Source of the DNA: Trichoplax adhaerens
Lineage: Eukaryota; Animalia; Placozoa
Length of the DNA stretch: 64,000 nucleotides
NCBI RefSeq assembly: GCF_000150275.1
Contig: NW_002060946.1
Span: 6,739,855 to 6,803,854, forward strand
Reading direction: 5' to 3'
The notes below the pieces were generated by a model. It made no database searches. It saw only the letters and a program-made list of their open reading frames with translations, and was not told where the DNA came from. The translations under genes were made by a program, and so were the position numbers. The number at the start of each line of letters is the position of its first letter. The stretch's first letter is position 1. Below, piece by piece: positions 12,770-30,132 of the stretch.

Positions 12770-14830
12770 GATTATTCTACCGGATAGGTTCATGAATTTT
12801 GAATTAATCAACTTTCTTGTAAAGACTGAATGAATTTCAGTCAATGCACAAGAGTTGTTCGCTTGTTGTATCAACATGCACGCTAATACAGCAAGCGTTG
12901 ATGATGAGCACGATTGGGTGCCAAGCCAAGTGTAGGAAAATATCCTGGGCAGGTTGAAATTTTGCAAAATGCCATGGCGCTCCATTTGTAAAGCATGGAA
13001 ATTTTTATTCGACTGGATAGGCTAATTAATCTGCTTTCTTGTAATGGCTGAATGAATTTCAGTCAATATACAGGAGTTGTTCGCTTGTTGTATCAACATG
13101 CACGCTAATGCAGCAAGCGTGCATGGTGAGCACGATTGGGTGCCAAGCCAAGTGTAGGAAAATATCTTGGGCAGGTTGAAATTTTGCAAAATGCCATGGC
13201 GCTCCATTTGTAAAGCATGGAAATTTTTATTCGACTGGATAGGCTAATTAATCTGCTTTCTTGTAATGGCTGAATGAATTTCAGTCAATATACAGGAGTT
13301 GTTCGCTTGTTGTATCAACATGCACGCTAATACAGCAAGCGTGCATGGTGAGCACGATTGGGTGCCAAGCCAAGTGTAGGAAAATATCCTGGGCAGGTTC
13401 AAATTTTGCAAAATGCCATGGCGCTCCATTTGTAAAGCATGGAAATTTTTATTCGACTGGATAGGCTAATTAATCTGCTTTCTTGTAATGGCTGAATGAA
13501 TTTCAGTCTATGCACAGGAGTTGTTCGCTTGTTGTATCAACATGCACGCTAATGCAGCAAGCGTGCATGATTGGGTGCCAAGCCAACTGTAGGAAAATAT
13601 CCTGGGCAGGTTGAAATTTTGCAAACCGCCATGGCGCTCCATTTGCAAAGCATCGAGATTTTATTTAGCTGGATAGGCTAATTAATCTGCTTTCTTGCAA
13701 TGGCTGAATGAATTTCACTCAATACCATATTGTTATGTCAACATGCATGCCAATACAGGAAGCCTGGATGATGAGCACGATTGGGTGGGTGGTCAAGGGA
13801 ACGCGATAGGGATAATATTCTGGGTAGGTTCAAATTTTAAAAATGGCCATGGCGTTCCATTTTCAATACATGGAACTTTTATTCGACCGGATAGGTTAAG
13901 CAGCTTTCTTGTGCGAATGCATGCATTGAATGGATTTCAGTTGATGCATAGGAGTTGCTGACTAGTTGTATCAACATGCATGGCGATAAAAGACGCCTTG
14001 ATGATGAGCATGATTGGGGTGTCAAAGGAACGCCATTGCGATAGGGTACATGAGGTAGATTGCAATTTTGCAAAACGCTTATGGCGTTGAATTCAATTGA
14101 AAAACATCAAGTTGATTATTCTACCAACCATGTTAGTTAGCTTTGTGGTCATGATGGAATGGATCTCAGTAAAGAGTTATCCATAGCTTATCATCCACCA
14201 ATTGTTGGCTTATTGCATCAACATGCATGGCGATACAAGGCATCTTTTGAACATGATGGGAGCGTCAAAGGAACGCCATAGGATATACTAAAATTATGCT
14301 GATTGCCATGGTGTGTTGAATTTTACAAAGATGGAATGGATTATTCTACCCGATATGTTCATCTACTTTCCTGCCATTAGCAATTGCATGCATTTCAGTT
14401 GTGGGTTCATAGACAAGTTGTTTGCCTGTTGTATCAACATACATAGTAGAACAGAAGACGCCTTGATGATGAGCATGATGGGTGTGAAAAAAAACTAGGA
14501 TAACATTGGTTCCTTTCGGTAGAAGGACATTTTACAGCACGTCCACATGGCCATTGGCGTTTCATTTCCACATGTAATATTGATTCTTCTATCCGATAAC
14601 TTAAATCAACCTTGTTATCATACTTCAGTTAGTAGGCAGGAGTTGTTCCCTTGTCATAGCCACGTCCATTGCATGATCTGATCTCCTGATGATGAGCGCC
14701 ATTGGGTGTGAAAAAGAAGGGCATAGGATAAATGCTAAAGAGTCAAGGGAGATCCAACCGATGACGACCGCCATTGGGTTTACTTTGACAAACATCAAGT
14801 GGATTATTCTACCGGACATGTAAATCAGCC
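12770..14830. repeat. ~222-bp tandem array (~9 copies, conserved core 13000-13700, decayed flanks)
   Basis: An ATTC(G/T)AC..GATAG-like anchor recurs at ~12773, 13007, 13229, 13451, 13663, 13881, 14118, 14343, 14587 and 14806. Near-identical minus-strand ORFs at 13022-13207 and 13244-13429 are exactly 222 bp apart. Confidence 0.95.
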
Positions 14831-17800
14831 TTGTCATAGGCAGATGGAATCGCTTTTAGTCTATCTACCACAGTTGTTGATTAGTGTAAATGAGGTGTAT
14901 TAATAATCTATTGCCCCTTTAGCAATGTTGAAAGCCTTGATGATTGCAATAGTCGATTACGGTCCTGCAAAATGGATTATCCATGCCGCCATTTCGGCCT
15001 ATCGCAAACGGCCCACCACATCCTGTACGCCTACTCCTGCAGCTCTCTACAAGACAAGAGTCGACACTTAAACGCCGATCAGGATTGCGTTTTGCTACTA
15101 CTGCAAGGTGGAAATGAAGAATTGGCTTGATTTCTTGTCCAAGGATAAATAAACCAATCGGTCAATAAATAAACAATTTCTTCCCCATGCGATGAAATAG
15201 TTGATTAATTTCAATTGTAATTATTAAAGCTGTTCCGTTGCTGTTCGTCAACTCCAGTGCACTGGTGTCCGTCTCGATTGCAGTCTACGTCTTCTCAGCG
15301 GCGCATCGACAACTTGGCCATCGAATGTGTTGTCGACGATTTTGTCGTCTTTCCTAGTTGGAAATTAGCGTTGTCCTTTTGCCATCGCCATTGCAACTTA
15401 GTCAAAGTTATCTATCCACATTTTGCATCGATCCAGTTCTCATTTGATCTTTCATCCATCGCTATTCCATCATGCCAAAGTCGTTTTTAGTCAAGAATTC
15501 TGCTCACGGTAGCGCTAAAAGAATCAATCGTAAACAAGGCGAAAACGGTAAGTTGATTTTGCTTAGATGCGGTAGTGCTAGAAAAATGCAATGGTCCAAC
15601 AAAAAAAAATAAAACTAACGACGGCGATGATGCAACAACAACTTGCCCATGTCTATCCTCTTCTACACCAATGCATTGGATAGTATAAGAAAATGAGCTA
15701 TTTTTCAGCGGCATTGTTTGCTTACAGTTAATGAACCCTTTAGTTAACTGTATTGCTGCTTGACATGATGGCAGAAAAAATACCTTTGCCTTGCTTGATG
15801 CAGTGTCCTTCCTTGGCAAATACCGTAGTTTATATCTGGCTGTCATCATGGCCAATATTCGCTAGCCATCCTGATGGCTAGCAATGATGAGGATAAGATT
15901 CTTGTCTACTTTTGTCGCTGTCATTACTGATTAGTGCATTTCCAAAGCGTCTTGTCTAGCTGGATATAACGGATCCAAATCCGATTTCTTTTCAACCTTG
16001 TCATATCGATAAGGGCCGCCTTGATCTGGATTCGCAATGATACCAAGGTGATAGCGATCAACGGTGAATAATTTGACTTTGCCAAGAGATTTGGTGATGA
16101 TTATAATTTTATTATAGCGATTCATACAAAGTCAATCGTCTCATTGCCATCATCAACCATTTGGAAGCTCTATCCCCATTTTATTTTTCTATCCTTCTAC
16201 CATCAAGGTATCGCTAGCAACAGGTTTTTTTTTTGGGGGGGGGGGATCACCATTCCTTCGCGTTGAGCGGGTTTCCTCCCTCCTCGACGGGTAGCTACGC
16301 TTTTGCACTTTTTTTCCTCCCTCTCTTTTTCTTTGACCGTAATAGCCCGATAGAGAATCAATAACAACATCTATCCAAAGATGAACTGGTTTAAAAACCA
16401 CTGCGATCCCTACAGTCAAAATAGGAATTGGTCTCGACCGAGTCGATGCAATACCTAATTTTCGGTTCCTTTGAAAAATACTGGCGGTAGTAGTTTTGCA
16501 AGGATTATTTTACTCGGAGGTTGCCAACATGGATGAAAATCAATACCTACGGCATGTTTTTTAGCCGATTAAATTGAATTCTCGGTAGTCTTGGTATTTC
16601 TATCAACAGTAACCTAAGAGACAAAATAGTCATTTTCTTCACTTGCTCAATCGCTATTTGACAAGAGATGAGATCACTTTCCATGACGTTCTGAATTCTT
16701 GGGAGAAATTACCGTTAACGCAGATCGTTATGATCATTATCCACTCTTCCATTTCCAGTCTACTGTATGTAGCGTTGTGATGGGATAGTGTAAACTCTTT
16801 GTTTAGTTTGCTTGCTAGCTGTTGTTATTTTTCAATTTCTCCTACTGGATCGTTAAGACACCAGCCCATTTTAGTTGGATCAACGCGTGTGATTAATTCA
16901 TGAATTATTGAAAGGATGGAGGACAAATCAAGTACGAGTTAACCATCAGTGCATTTGCTATACAGAAAATTGTTGGCCAATGATGGCGTCGGTCGGGATG
17001 ATTGCAGAGTATTCTTTCTTATCGTCATGACGCTATCCAGCCAATCTCATGGAGGACTATCTATCCTAATGAAATAAGATAGTTAACAGTCTTGATGTAG
17101 ATACTGTTCTACTTGTGTCTCATCGTCAGGCCCGGACGTTATTTTAGTCAAGACAACAAGAAGGAGAAAAAAATGGCGATTGCCATTTCCTCAATGGATA
17201 GTAGTTCGGATACATTAGGAATGGAGAAAGGGATAGCTGTTGTTCATAAGATTCTATAGGATCATCATCAATTTCTATCATCCTACCAGTTTAAACTGAC
17301 CAAATTGTCAACTTCAGGGTTATGATTAGTTTCTGTATCCTAAGCTTTAACTTACGTTGTCGTCGATTTTAAAAAATAATACGTTCCACAAGCATATTCT
17401 TCCAACTACGATCAAGCACACGTCAAAATTTCGAATTTTCCCTTACCTCCTACGTTAAATTTGACCTAAATTTCCAATCGAGGAAAGGTAGTTTTAACGC
17501 ATGCATTTCATTGGCAGTTTCGGACTAACTACTTTCACCAAATGCTTCAAAAGCGTTGTCTCAAACTAAGTCGCTAAAATTGATCCATATCGATCGATCG
17601 AATACTTACCAAAAATTCGAATTTTTCCTTGATTCGTGTGCTTGCTTGGATCTTGTAAACGGATAGGAATCATCCTAACCTACGAAGAGGATGGCTTTAA
17701 GAGATGGATTCTTCGACACTTTCGGACTGAATATTTTCACCGGTGATTCCAAAGTATTGCTTTAAACTGAGCAGCGACTACTTTTCCCCCAAAATATCCA

Positions 17801-18835
17801 ATTATCGTTAATGTCTACCTTGAACTAAAATTGACCGTCTTGCAGAGAGGATCAGTATTTCATAGTGGCGTTTTCAATTCTGTTTTATCGCATTCGACTC
17901 ACTAGTACGCCGCTATTTCGGTTCTACTAGCCTTTCACGGTACTAGAAGATAGCCGCACTTAGCCTAGTTTATAAAGCATTTTTTTCCTTGTCATTTCCT
18001 GACTAAAATGAGTAAGAAAATTGGATTTTCCAATCAAGCAAGGGTATTGACAATACTGCACTACATAACTTCTACGAATTTCTCCACGGCGTGGTCTAGA
18101 CTTGATCCGCAATATTGGGGGTATGCCATTGAAAATCCGAAATGTAAACGCTTTAAATTTTCTGCCTTAGGAAATCAATCACATCAGTAATGTAGATCAA
18201 AATGTTAGTATTAATATACTTGCTTGACATGTCAGCTAATTTGGATCAAAGAAGAAGAGTGTCTCCAGCTCTTTTACCATGTTATTGCCCGTTATGGACA
18301 TGATTTATTCCATTGCCACCATACTCACAATAATAGCTAGTAGAGAGCCTACTCGCCTATCCATCCATGATGTTGGTGCTACAGAAGTTAAGGAGGCAGA
18401 TTTTATCGCCATTGCCATACTCCTTCCATCTTCAGAAATAATAAAAGTATCCAATATAGAGCGTTCTCGCCTATCCACAAGGATATCTTTCCAACTATTT
18501 CGAAATAGCAAAACGTTTCTGATCGATATCCACATATTGCTTATAGATGAATAAAATCGTTGGAAAAGAGATTATCATGTTAAGAATACCTGCCTATACG
18601 CTAATAAGGTGTTAGAAGAGGAAAACATGGCAGATTCTGTGTCCATTGCATTGCTGTTATAAATACGTGTCAGCATAACACAAAGTATTAGCACGATGTG
18701 ATTTAACCAAAGTAACTGCCAGCAGATTATTTTATTTCTCACTAAGCGATGCCATGGTAGAACTGGAATAGCTTTTACTGCTTGTGCTGCTTGGTCACTG
18801 TTCATAAACTAAATACTTTGCTTAACATATTGTAG

Positions 18836-21111
18836 CCGATGCCGAGCCGAAAAAGACTCCCAGTTCAGAGACTGTCAATTCGTCTAAAGGGGATCCTGTC
18901 CGGCGAGTAAAAGAAAGTAGAATAGATGAAAATGATCAACTATCCTCCGATAATAACAACACACCCAATACAAGCAAAAGCACTAGCAATAGTCCTGTCC
19001 ACAATCCTACTGAAGTAAATCCCAGTAACTTGGTCCAGCCACAACCTTACCAGCAGCAAGGCTGGCCATTTTGTTTACCTCCTTCCCTTATCCGCCATGA
19101 TTTATATCGTCCGCAGCTCAATTTCACAGTTCCTACTGGAATGGCGATCCATCCTACGATCACAACATTAAATCCGCAAATGATGCAATCCATACCCTGT
19201 AAGCCATGATCATGCAATCTGATTTTCTTTATTTTGATGCTTTACTGCCTTTAAAATATCGCTCTTGACAGTAGTTGCTCCAAGACCGATTACTCCATGG
19301 ACTGTCCTCCCCAATAACCTCTATGGACTTCAGACGGGTAAGAATTGGCATCTATCATTTTCTCTAAATAAGCATTATAGGTTAAGACTTTTTTGCATCG
19401 CAATTATTCATATCAACCATCTTCAATCTGTTCGATGATAAAAGTACAGTTTTGATCTGCGATAATTTCGTAGAGAATGGATAACTTTCATCTTTCTTCC
19501 ATTTCAGTCTATTAGATGATAATTATAATAGTACAGTTTTGATTTGTGAAAACAGCGATATTTAAGTAGAATGTGATTTAAATGAAAATCTTGCATAAGT
19601 CTTCAATTTCAATCTATTACATGATGATACTACAATTTCAATTTATACAAACTGCGATAGTTTAGTATGATTTCAATGGAAATCTTGCATAAGCCTTCAA
19701 TCTATTACATGATGATACTACAATTTCAATTTATACAAACTGCGATAGTTTAGTATGATTTCAATGGAAATCTTGCGTAAGTCTTCAATTTCAATTTATA
19801 AAAACTGCGATAATAAATAGAGGGTGATTTAAATCAAAATCTTGAATAACCTCTTCAATTTCAATCGATTCGATGATAATACTACAATTTCAATTTATAA
19901 AAGCTGCGATAGTTTAGTATGATTTCAATGGAAATCTTGCGTAAGTCTTCAATTTCAATTTATAAAAACTGCGATAATAAATAGAGGGTGATTTAAATCA
20001 AAATCTTGAATAACCTCTTCAATTTCAATCGATTCGATGATAATACTACAATTTCAAGTTGTAAAAACTGCGATAGTGTAGTAGAGTATAGTCTAAATGG
20101 AAAGCTGAAATAACTCGGATTTACTTCAATCTCAGTCTGTTCGATGATAATTGCACTATGTTAATTTGTAAATACTGTGATAATTTCGTAGAGTGTGTTA
20201 TAAATGCAAAATCTTGAATGATTCCTTTTTTTATGGTAAAATAAACTATTGTAGGTAACAATGGATCGGTTGCCCTTCATGGTGCCACAAGAAATGGAAA
20301 TAACATCTCAATTTGCCATCAGAATGGTATCATTTCTACCGCAAATATTAATTCAACTACAAGTCAGCAACAAAGCAAAACCGTATCTAGTAATGATAAA
20401 ATTTTAGCGGTTTCAAATCGTACTGTAGCAAATAAAGATGGCCAACTCCAGTGTCATATTTGCCACAAAAGCTATCAATCACCGGTGCAGCTAAAACGTC
20501 ATCTGAGAAGACATGCAGAAGATAAAAAACACCTATGTCCTTTCTGTAAGAAAGGTTTTAGTGATCAATTCGATTTAAAGCGACATGTCCGTATTCATAC
20601 CGGAATAAAGCCATTTAGGTGTAAACTTTGCAACCGAGCATTTGCTCAACGATGCTCATTAGAATTACACTGTCAAAAGTCTCATGGTACCGATGTAAGT
20701 ATCCAAAGTGTGATAAAATCGCTGTCATTGCATTAACTTGAAGGGTCTTTTATCACAAGCTGCTATTTACCTTCAGTTTCTTGCTTGATACAATATCGAT
20801 TGCATTCTACGTATTATCGATCTGTCTTTTACGTTAATATTGTCAGCTCTATTTACTGAGGAAATAGATCGAAATAGTTGACCAGACTTAATAAGTTACT
20901 AAATGAAGATTTTAAAATTTTTCCTGTACGGATTATTTTCTATGATTGTCTACCTTAGGCTCAATATAAATTCCGAGAAAGACGAGAAAAAGTTTATGTA
21001 TGCGAAACTTGTGGTTTTACTGCTAAGGAAATTCAACCTTATCATGAACATCTTTTGTCTCACAAAGGAGATCCTAGCGTTATCTTTCAACCTAAATTTT
21101 TAAAGCAATAG
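18836..21111 (+). CDS. ovo: Ovo/OVOL (shavenbaby/lin-48 family) C2H2 zinc-finger transcription factor; first exon uncertain
   Basis: Exons 18836-19198, 19272-19337, 20255-20694 and 20959-21111 splice in phase. Four fingers: CHICHKSYQSPVQLKRHLRRH, HLCPFCKKGFSDQFDLKRHVRIHTGIKPF, CKLCNRAFAQRCSLELHCQKSHG, then linker YKFRERREKVYVCETCG..H...H. These match the diagnostic Ovo motifs (GFNDTFDLKRHVRTH, FTQRCSLESH, YKERRxKLYVCEECG). Possible start microexon ATGA|GTAAGA at 18008-18011. Confidence 0.9.
19420..20220. repeat. Intronic minisatellite (60-90-bp subunits, partly higher-order) in the Ovo intron
   Basis: Repeated CAATTTCAATTTATA.AAACTGCGATA..TAG..TGATTT.AAT..AAATCTTG blocks between the donor at 19338 and the acceptor at 20254. 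Confidence 0.85.
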
Positions 21112-21619
21112 AGCTCTATATTTCGATAATTGACCTACTGTAGTATTCCTTTATTACTATAACATTTTATCTCTGCCCTTACGATAGTCAAATGATTTGA
21201 ACTATTCTAAGATCTTAGTCTATCTTTTGAAATAATAATTATATAAACTGTACGATAGCTTCTTCACTTCTGTTAATAATGGTTTTGCGCTGCTGTGATT
21301 ATTACCTATCCTTTAACTTATTAGTCATGATCTTGGCTCTTACTGTGCTGTGCTGTGCTGTAGGTAATTATAACGATACCATTTCGAGCATATTCGGACA
21401 TTGTTTGTATGCGTTAAGCGTTAGTCTTGATATCATATCTGTCTAACTCTTTTATCATATTATCGTGTCGTTTTTCCTTCTCTAAAGCTTGATTGGATCA
21501 TGGATGTACGCCGATTATGGTCAAATAGTACTATGTCTTTGCGTAATAAAGTCTTAACCCAGCAAAGAGTTTTGTTATTGGAGGTGTCGTTTGACTGATG
21601 GCAGATACAGACTATTGGT

Positions 21620-22760
21620 AATCGTTACACCTTAGCATCTCCCCCAAAATTATCGATCAACAATGTTAAACCGGTTTGAAATTGGTGATTATCATTCTCT
21701 CTCCTAGCCAACTTTAGTCAAAAGTTATTACGCATTAAACTGTGTTTATGGTGTTGATTTAGCTGTCACTATCCATGCATTTATGGCGTGTATCTCGTCT
21801 AAAATTAGAGTTTCTTAGTCGTGGCATGGGGTACCTCGTTGCACCTTAGTATTTCCAAAAAACTATCGATCAACCATGCTAAACTGCTTTGAAATTGGTG
21901 ATTATCTTCCTCTATCCTAGCCAACTTTAGTCAAAATATTGTTATGTGTTATACTGTGCTTGTGGTGTTGATTTAGCTGTAACTATCCATGCATTTATCG
22001 CGTCCTCATTGCACCTTGGCATTTGGTGATCATCATTCTCTATCCTAGCCAACTCTAGTTAAAGTATAATTATGTGTTCTACAGTGCTCATGGTGTTGAT
22101 TTAGCTGTCACTATCCATTCATTTATTGCGTCTATCTCGTCTAAAATTTGGAATTTCTTAGTCGTGACATGGGGTACCTCGTTGCACCGTAGTATTTCCC
22201 CCCCCCCCCCCAAACTATCGATCAACCATGCTAAACTGCTTTGAAATTGATGATCATTGTTATGTTTAATTGATTCCCTATTAGGGATTATTACTGGTTC
22301 ACCATTTTAGGGATAATTACTGTCGTGAGATTCTGTTTTAAAACATATTTACTGTTGTCGTGGTTTCATTTACTTACCTTGCAAATGTAGAGTATCGATG
22401 TATTATTCACTGTAATGGTATAAAAAGGAGATACGATCGAGAAAAAAGGGGAGACTTGGGCTTATGTTAAATTTGAATAAGTCATTAAGTTGCTTGTTGG
22501 CAATTTGTTATTTGTTGTTACTGATGGGGCACCTCGTTGCACCTTAGTATTTCCCCCCCCCCCAAAAAAAATTATCGATCAACTAAACTGCTTTAAAATT
22601 GGTCATCATCATTCTCTATCTTAGCCAACTGTAGTCAAAATATTGTTATGTGTTCTACTGTGCTCATGGTGTTGATTTAGCTGCCACTATTCATGCATTT
22701 ATTGCTTCCATCTCGTCCAAAATTGGAGTTTCTTTAATGGTGGCATAGGGGTACCTCGAT
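21620..22760. repeat. ~215-bp tandem and partial repeats (4-5 copies) with variable poly-C tract
   Basis: CGTTGCACCTTAGTATTTCC..ATCGATCAAC..GAAATTGGTGAT..CCTAGCCAACT..GGTGTTGATTTAGCTG recurs at ~21622, 21837, 22005, 22180 and 22535. Confidence 0.85.
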
Positions 22761-23080
22761 GAGCAGAGTAGCTTAGCTCGGTTTATTATTCAGACAGACG
22801 GACCGAGTGGCTTGGACTTCTCATCTAGTACTATTAGACAGCCATACAAGTGTTGGCAGTTTATTTTCTGTCGGTCTGTCTACTATTGATAATAGACTGA
22901 TTTGAGTAGTACAATCTCTCGATGTTGTAAGTGGATGAGATCGATCACTGCGTCAACAAGTTGGAGGAGGAAAGGCAACTAAGTCAGCCATTCCTGATGT
23001 TGGTCAAAGTAGCCATAGCTTAAAGCATATCTGCCGAGGGTTTTTTTCACTGATTTCAGTAAAAAAAATCATCCAGTGTT

Positions 23081-26583
<3,503 letters not shown>

Positions 26584-27612
26584 CGTACGGAAGATGAGCT
26601 GCAGAATTGACGCGCATATTATTAATGAGACCAAATTTAGATATATCTTTCATCATTTAACTTGCTTTACTGTTGCAACAGTCAACAATATTTTAACATA
26701 CTACAAACCTCATATAGATTATCTAATGTTGCTACACCGAAGATATAATTTTTATATTATGACTATTAGTTTATTACAGTGATCTAGTATGTTTCATATC
26801 TTCTTTTCTCTATTTACTGTACGAATATGTACTACTAAAGTAGTATAGTATCCCTTAGCCTGATATAAATTGTAACTTTAATAGGTATTAAATATATCGC
26901 CAAGTACTGAATTGCTGGGAACTATTTGAGGATTGTGAATATCTAAATTTCCCAGCTAGTAAAGCTATTTATTGTTGCGTACAAAATTACTGAGTTCCAG
27001 TTTATCAAGTATGATATTAGTCATTCTATTTACGACTATTTTTTCGATTATGCAGACTTTTTTTGTATTTAGTATCCCAGGAGCCATTTTATTTGCAAAT
27101 ATTGGCCGAATAAGTAATAGTTTTGAATTCTACAATTCATACATAGATAGCGAACTGATACATTTATGATATTGATTATACTGCTCTTTCCTAGACGAAA
27201 CGTGAGATTTAATCCATTCACGACTTAGGTTTTTAGAATAGTTAAGGAAATTAATTACTCCAGTATAGGACACTATATTGCGAAGTAAACTAGACAATAC
27301 GAAATTATCATGATGACGTTGTAAGGGTACAGTAGCCTCTTTTTTTTTATTATAATACCGAATTTTTCTAGGGCAATTAATTAGCAAGTAAACTAGAAAA
27401 CGACCTATGCAGTAAATTTAGGCTGAAAATGTAAATCTAGCAAAGTATTTATCAAGATTAAATACAATAAAAAGACGTATTATTGTACATTTTAGCAAGT
27501 GCTTACTGCGGCAAATGGAGAAGTGAGGTCATTTATGACCCGATGATGGAAAGCTAGAGGGATCATTTTCAGTTCTATATTTTAATTTCGTGGTATTACA
27601 ATCTATAATTGT

Positions 27613-27838
27613 TACCTATTTAAGTTATAGCGATCAGATTGATGCATATGCGATGTTGGAATCGAAAGATACACAAACAGGATTTTAACCTATTTAAGTT
27701 ATAGGGAATAAATTCATGCATACGCGATATTGGAATCGAAGAGTATTACAAACAGGATTTTAACCTATTTAAGTTATAGCATATAAATTTATGCATACGC
27801 GATGTTAAAATCGAAGAATATTACAAACAGGATTTTAA
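27613..27838. repeat. ~76-bp tandem repeat x3
   Basis: ACCTATTTAAGTTATAG..ATGCATA.GCGAT.TT..AATCGAA..ACAAACAGGATTTTA repeated three times. Confidence 0.85.
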
Positions 27839-30132
27839 ACACATTTATTTTATTGATGAAGTATTTATATCGCGATTTGCTATGATGATCTTGAACATTT
27901 CCGCTTTTTAGGTTGCTATAAAATTGAGTCTCTAGCACGCTAGGTAACAAATCGTAATGAAATTATCTTTACTACTATGCGGATAATCAGGAATCATTTG
28001 AATACTCTGTTAAAAATAAATTACTATCAATGTTTAATTATATAAGCTCATTAGTCAGTGACACGGCAACTTTATCATGCAAAATTCACTTCGGAATTTT
28101 TAATAAATAAGGTTTATACATGGACTATTGGTACTAGAAGAAACCTACTATAATCTCTTTCGAGGCAGTTTGTATATTTAGATAACCTAAAGACCATACG
28201 CAGAAACGTTACAAAGAATTTTTGAATCAACCCCAAACTAATGATACTTACATTTAAGTTGCATGCAACTTTTTCTAGCTTACATGAAGGTTATGTAGGT
28301 TGATTATTATATAATATGCAAATTCGAAAGTACAAGGTCACTGGCTGCACAACTATCTTATCCTGTCTTGCATTGGTAATAATATAGACAAAGAGGTAAG
28401 AAATAAAGACGTCCAAGGCCTTCGCTTTCAAATACAGTTTAACACTGACCTAGCCAAGAAGGATGCAATATCTATGTTAGTATCATTATTTTAATTAATG
28501 GTCACTTTTCATATACGCAAACACGTATAGCAATAATTATATCGGATGTGAATAAGTATAGGAATTTTATGGATAGTGCTATATTTGATACAGTACTGTA
28601 GAGTTCTCGCATGCGTTCGTTTAATGCAAATGTAATAATGCGTCTCACATTAACTGCCTTAGTCAAATGAAATTTCTAAAAGGCTGTTTTTGCTAGGTTT
28701 TAGGAATAGTAGAGCAATAATTAATTACTGCAAGAATCTAGTCTAAAATCGAAAGTATTCCGAGCTCAAAGCGAATTGAAGTCTCTTCTCCCCGTGAGCT
28801 TATCTCTACAGTTCTTATATATACATTTAGTTCAATCCATTTATGACAACTTGATTCATCTACAATCAGACATGAGTCATCAAACAAAATACTTAGCTCA
28901 AATAGTACATCATTATTTTCTACAATCTAAATCATTCTACTTAGATGTCACTACTCTTCTATTAACATCTAGCCCCTTTCTCCGATCGGCATCTTAACGG
29001 CTACAGTGTTTCTAGCCACATAAATCTTGTACCATAATTAGTGCACTGGCTACTATTAGTCATCAACAATTTCTAATATAGTAGTTAGCAATCATCTCAT
29101 ATTAGCTTGACGATAATATCTATTCAAAGTAACCGAACTATATCAAATATAGCTATCCGTATAATCAAATATGGGTGCATCACTACAGTAAAATATCTAG
29201 AATGAACTTGAGTAATTGCAATCCTATTGTCCACTTGTTTAGAAGTGCGAGTATAATGCGATAACTGTTCCCGTGCAGAAAATGTGATAATATCGCTATA
29301 CAGTCGAGAATCGAGGTTTGATAGTTTAATGGATAGGGGCCAAGGTTAATCGCTCCACAGTTATTAATTGACTGAGTACATAACTTGTCAATATATTGCA
29401 AATTTAAATCACATCCAAGTCGATCTCACAAAGGTAAAAAGGATATATCTCGAATATCGAGGATCTCAGTGATTAGCTAACACTGTAAATTGGTAGTCTT
29501 GTACTGTACGTGTTATATTGTCATATATACAGTACTGTCTACTGTTATATTGATATGCAATTAAGGATATACGCGAAAAGGATAATTATACAGTAAATTA
29601 TTACTGGGCGTTACATTTCGGGCGATAAAACTCTCGCTTGTATTCTTTTATTAATATCGCTTAGCAAGGTATACAAGTAGAAATATACATACGTGTAGAC
29701 TCTGTAGAGTAATCGAAACGATTGCAATTGTATTTGCAATGTATGCTTGTAGAAATCATATCCTATCTGCTTCCGTTAACGCATACAGACCTTCTAATAT
29801 CCCTATACGGTCTATGGAACAAAGTTTGATGTGATCGTATCATCTAGTAGACTAGGAATGTGCGTTGTCAACAGATGGTAAATAGCACAGAAATAAAAGG
29901 AGAAGCTGGATACATCTCATTCTTAACTATTATACTGCGAAGAGTACTTTCGCTGTGCTCGTTATCGTCTTAGGTACTTCCATCAAGTCTCTTCCATGGT
30001 TTTATATTACATTATTACAGATCGCGATGATGTCGTACGCTAGGCTACGGCTTACTTCATATTGGCCTGCATTAGTACGTTTAATTCAATGATGAGAGAT
30101 TTTATATCATGATATCAATCTACTCCGATAAT

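Noticed and set aside
12895-13055. C/D snoRNA-like TGATGA...CTGA in the 222-bp unit
   Set aside because: The C-box is lost in the best-conserved copies, there is no terminal stem and the array is not intronic.
17420-17840. Degenerate ~200-bp duplication upstream of Ovo
   Set aside because: Only two diverged copies, with no structural or coding signal.
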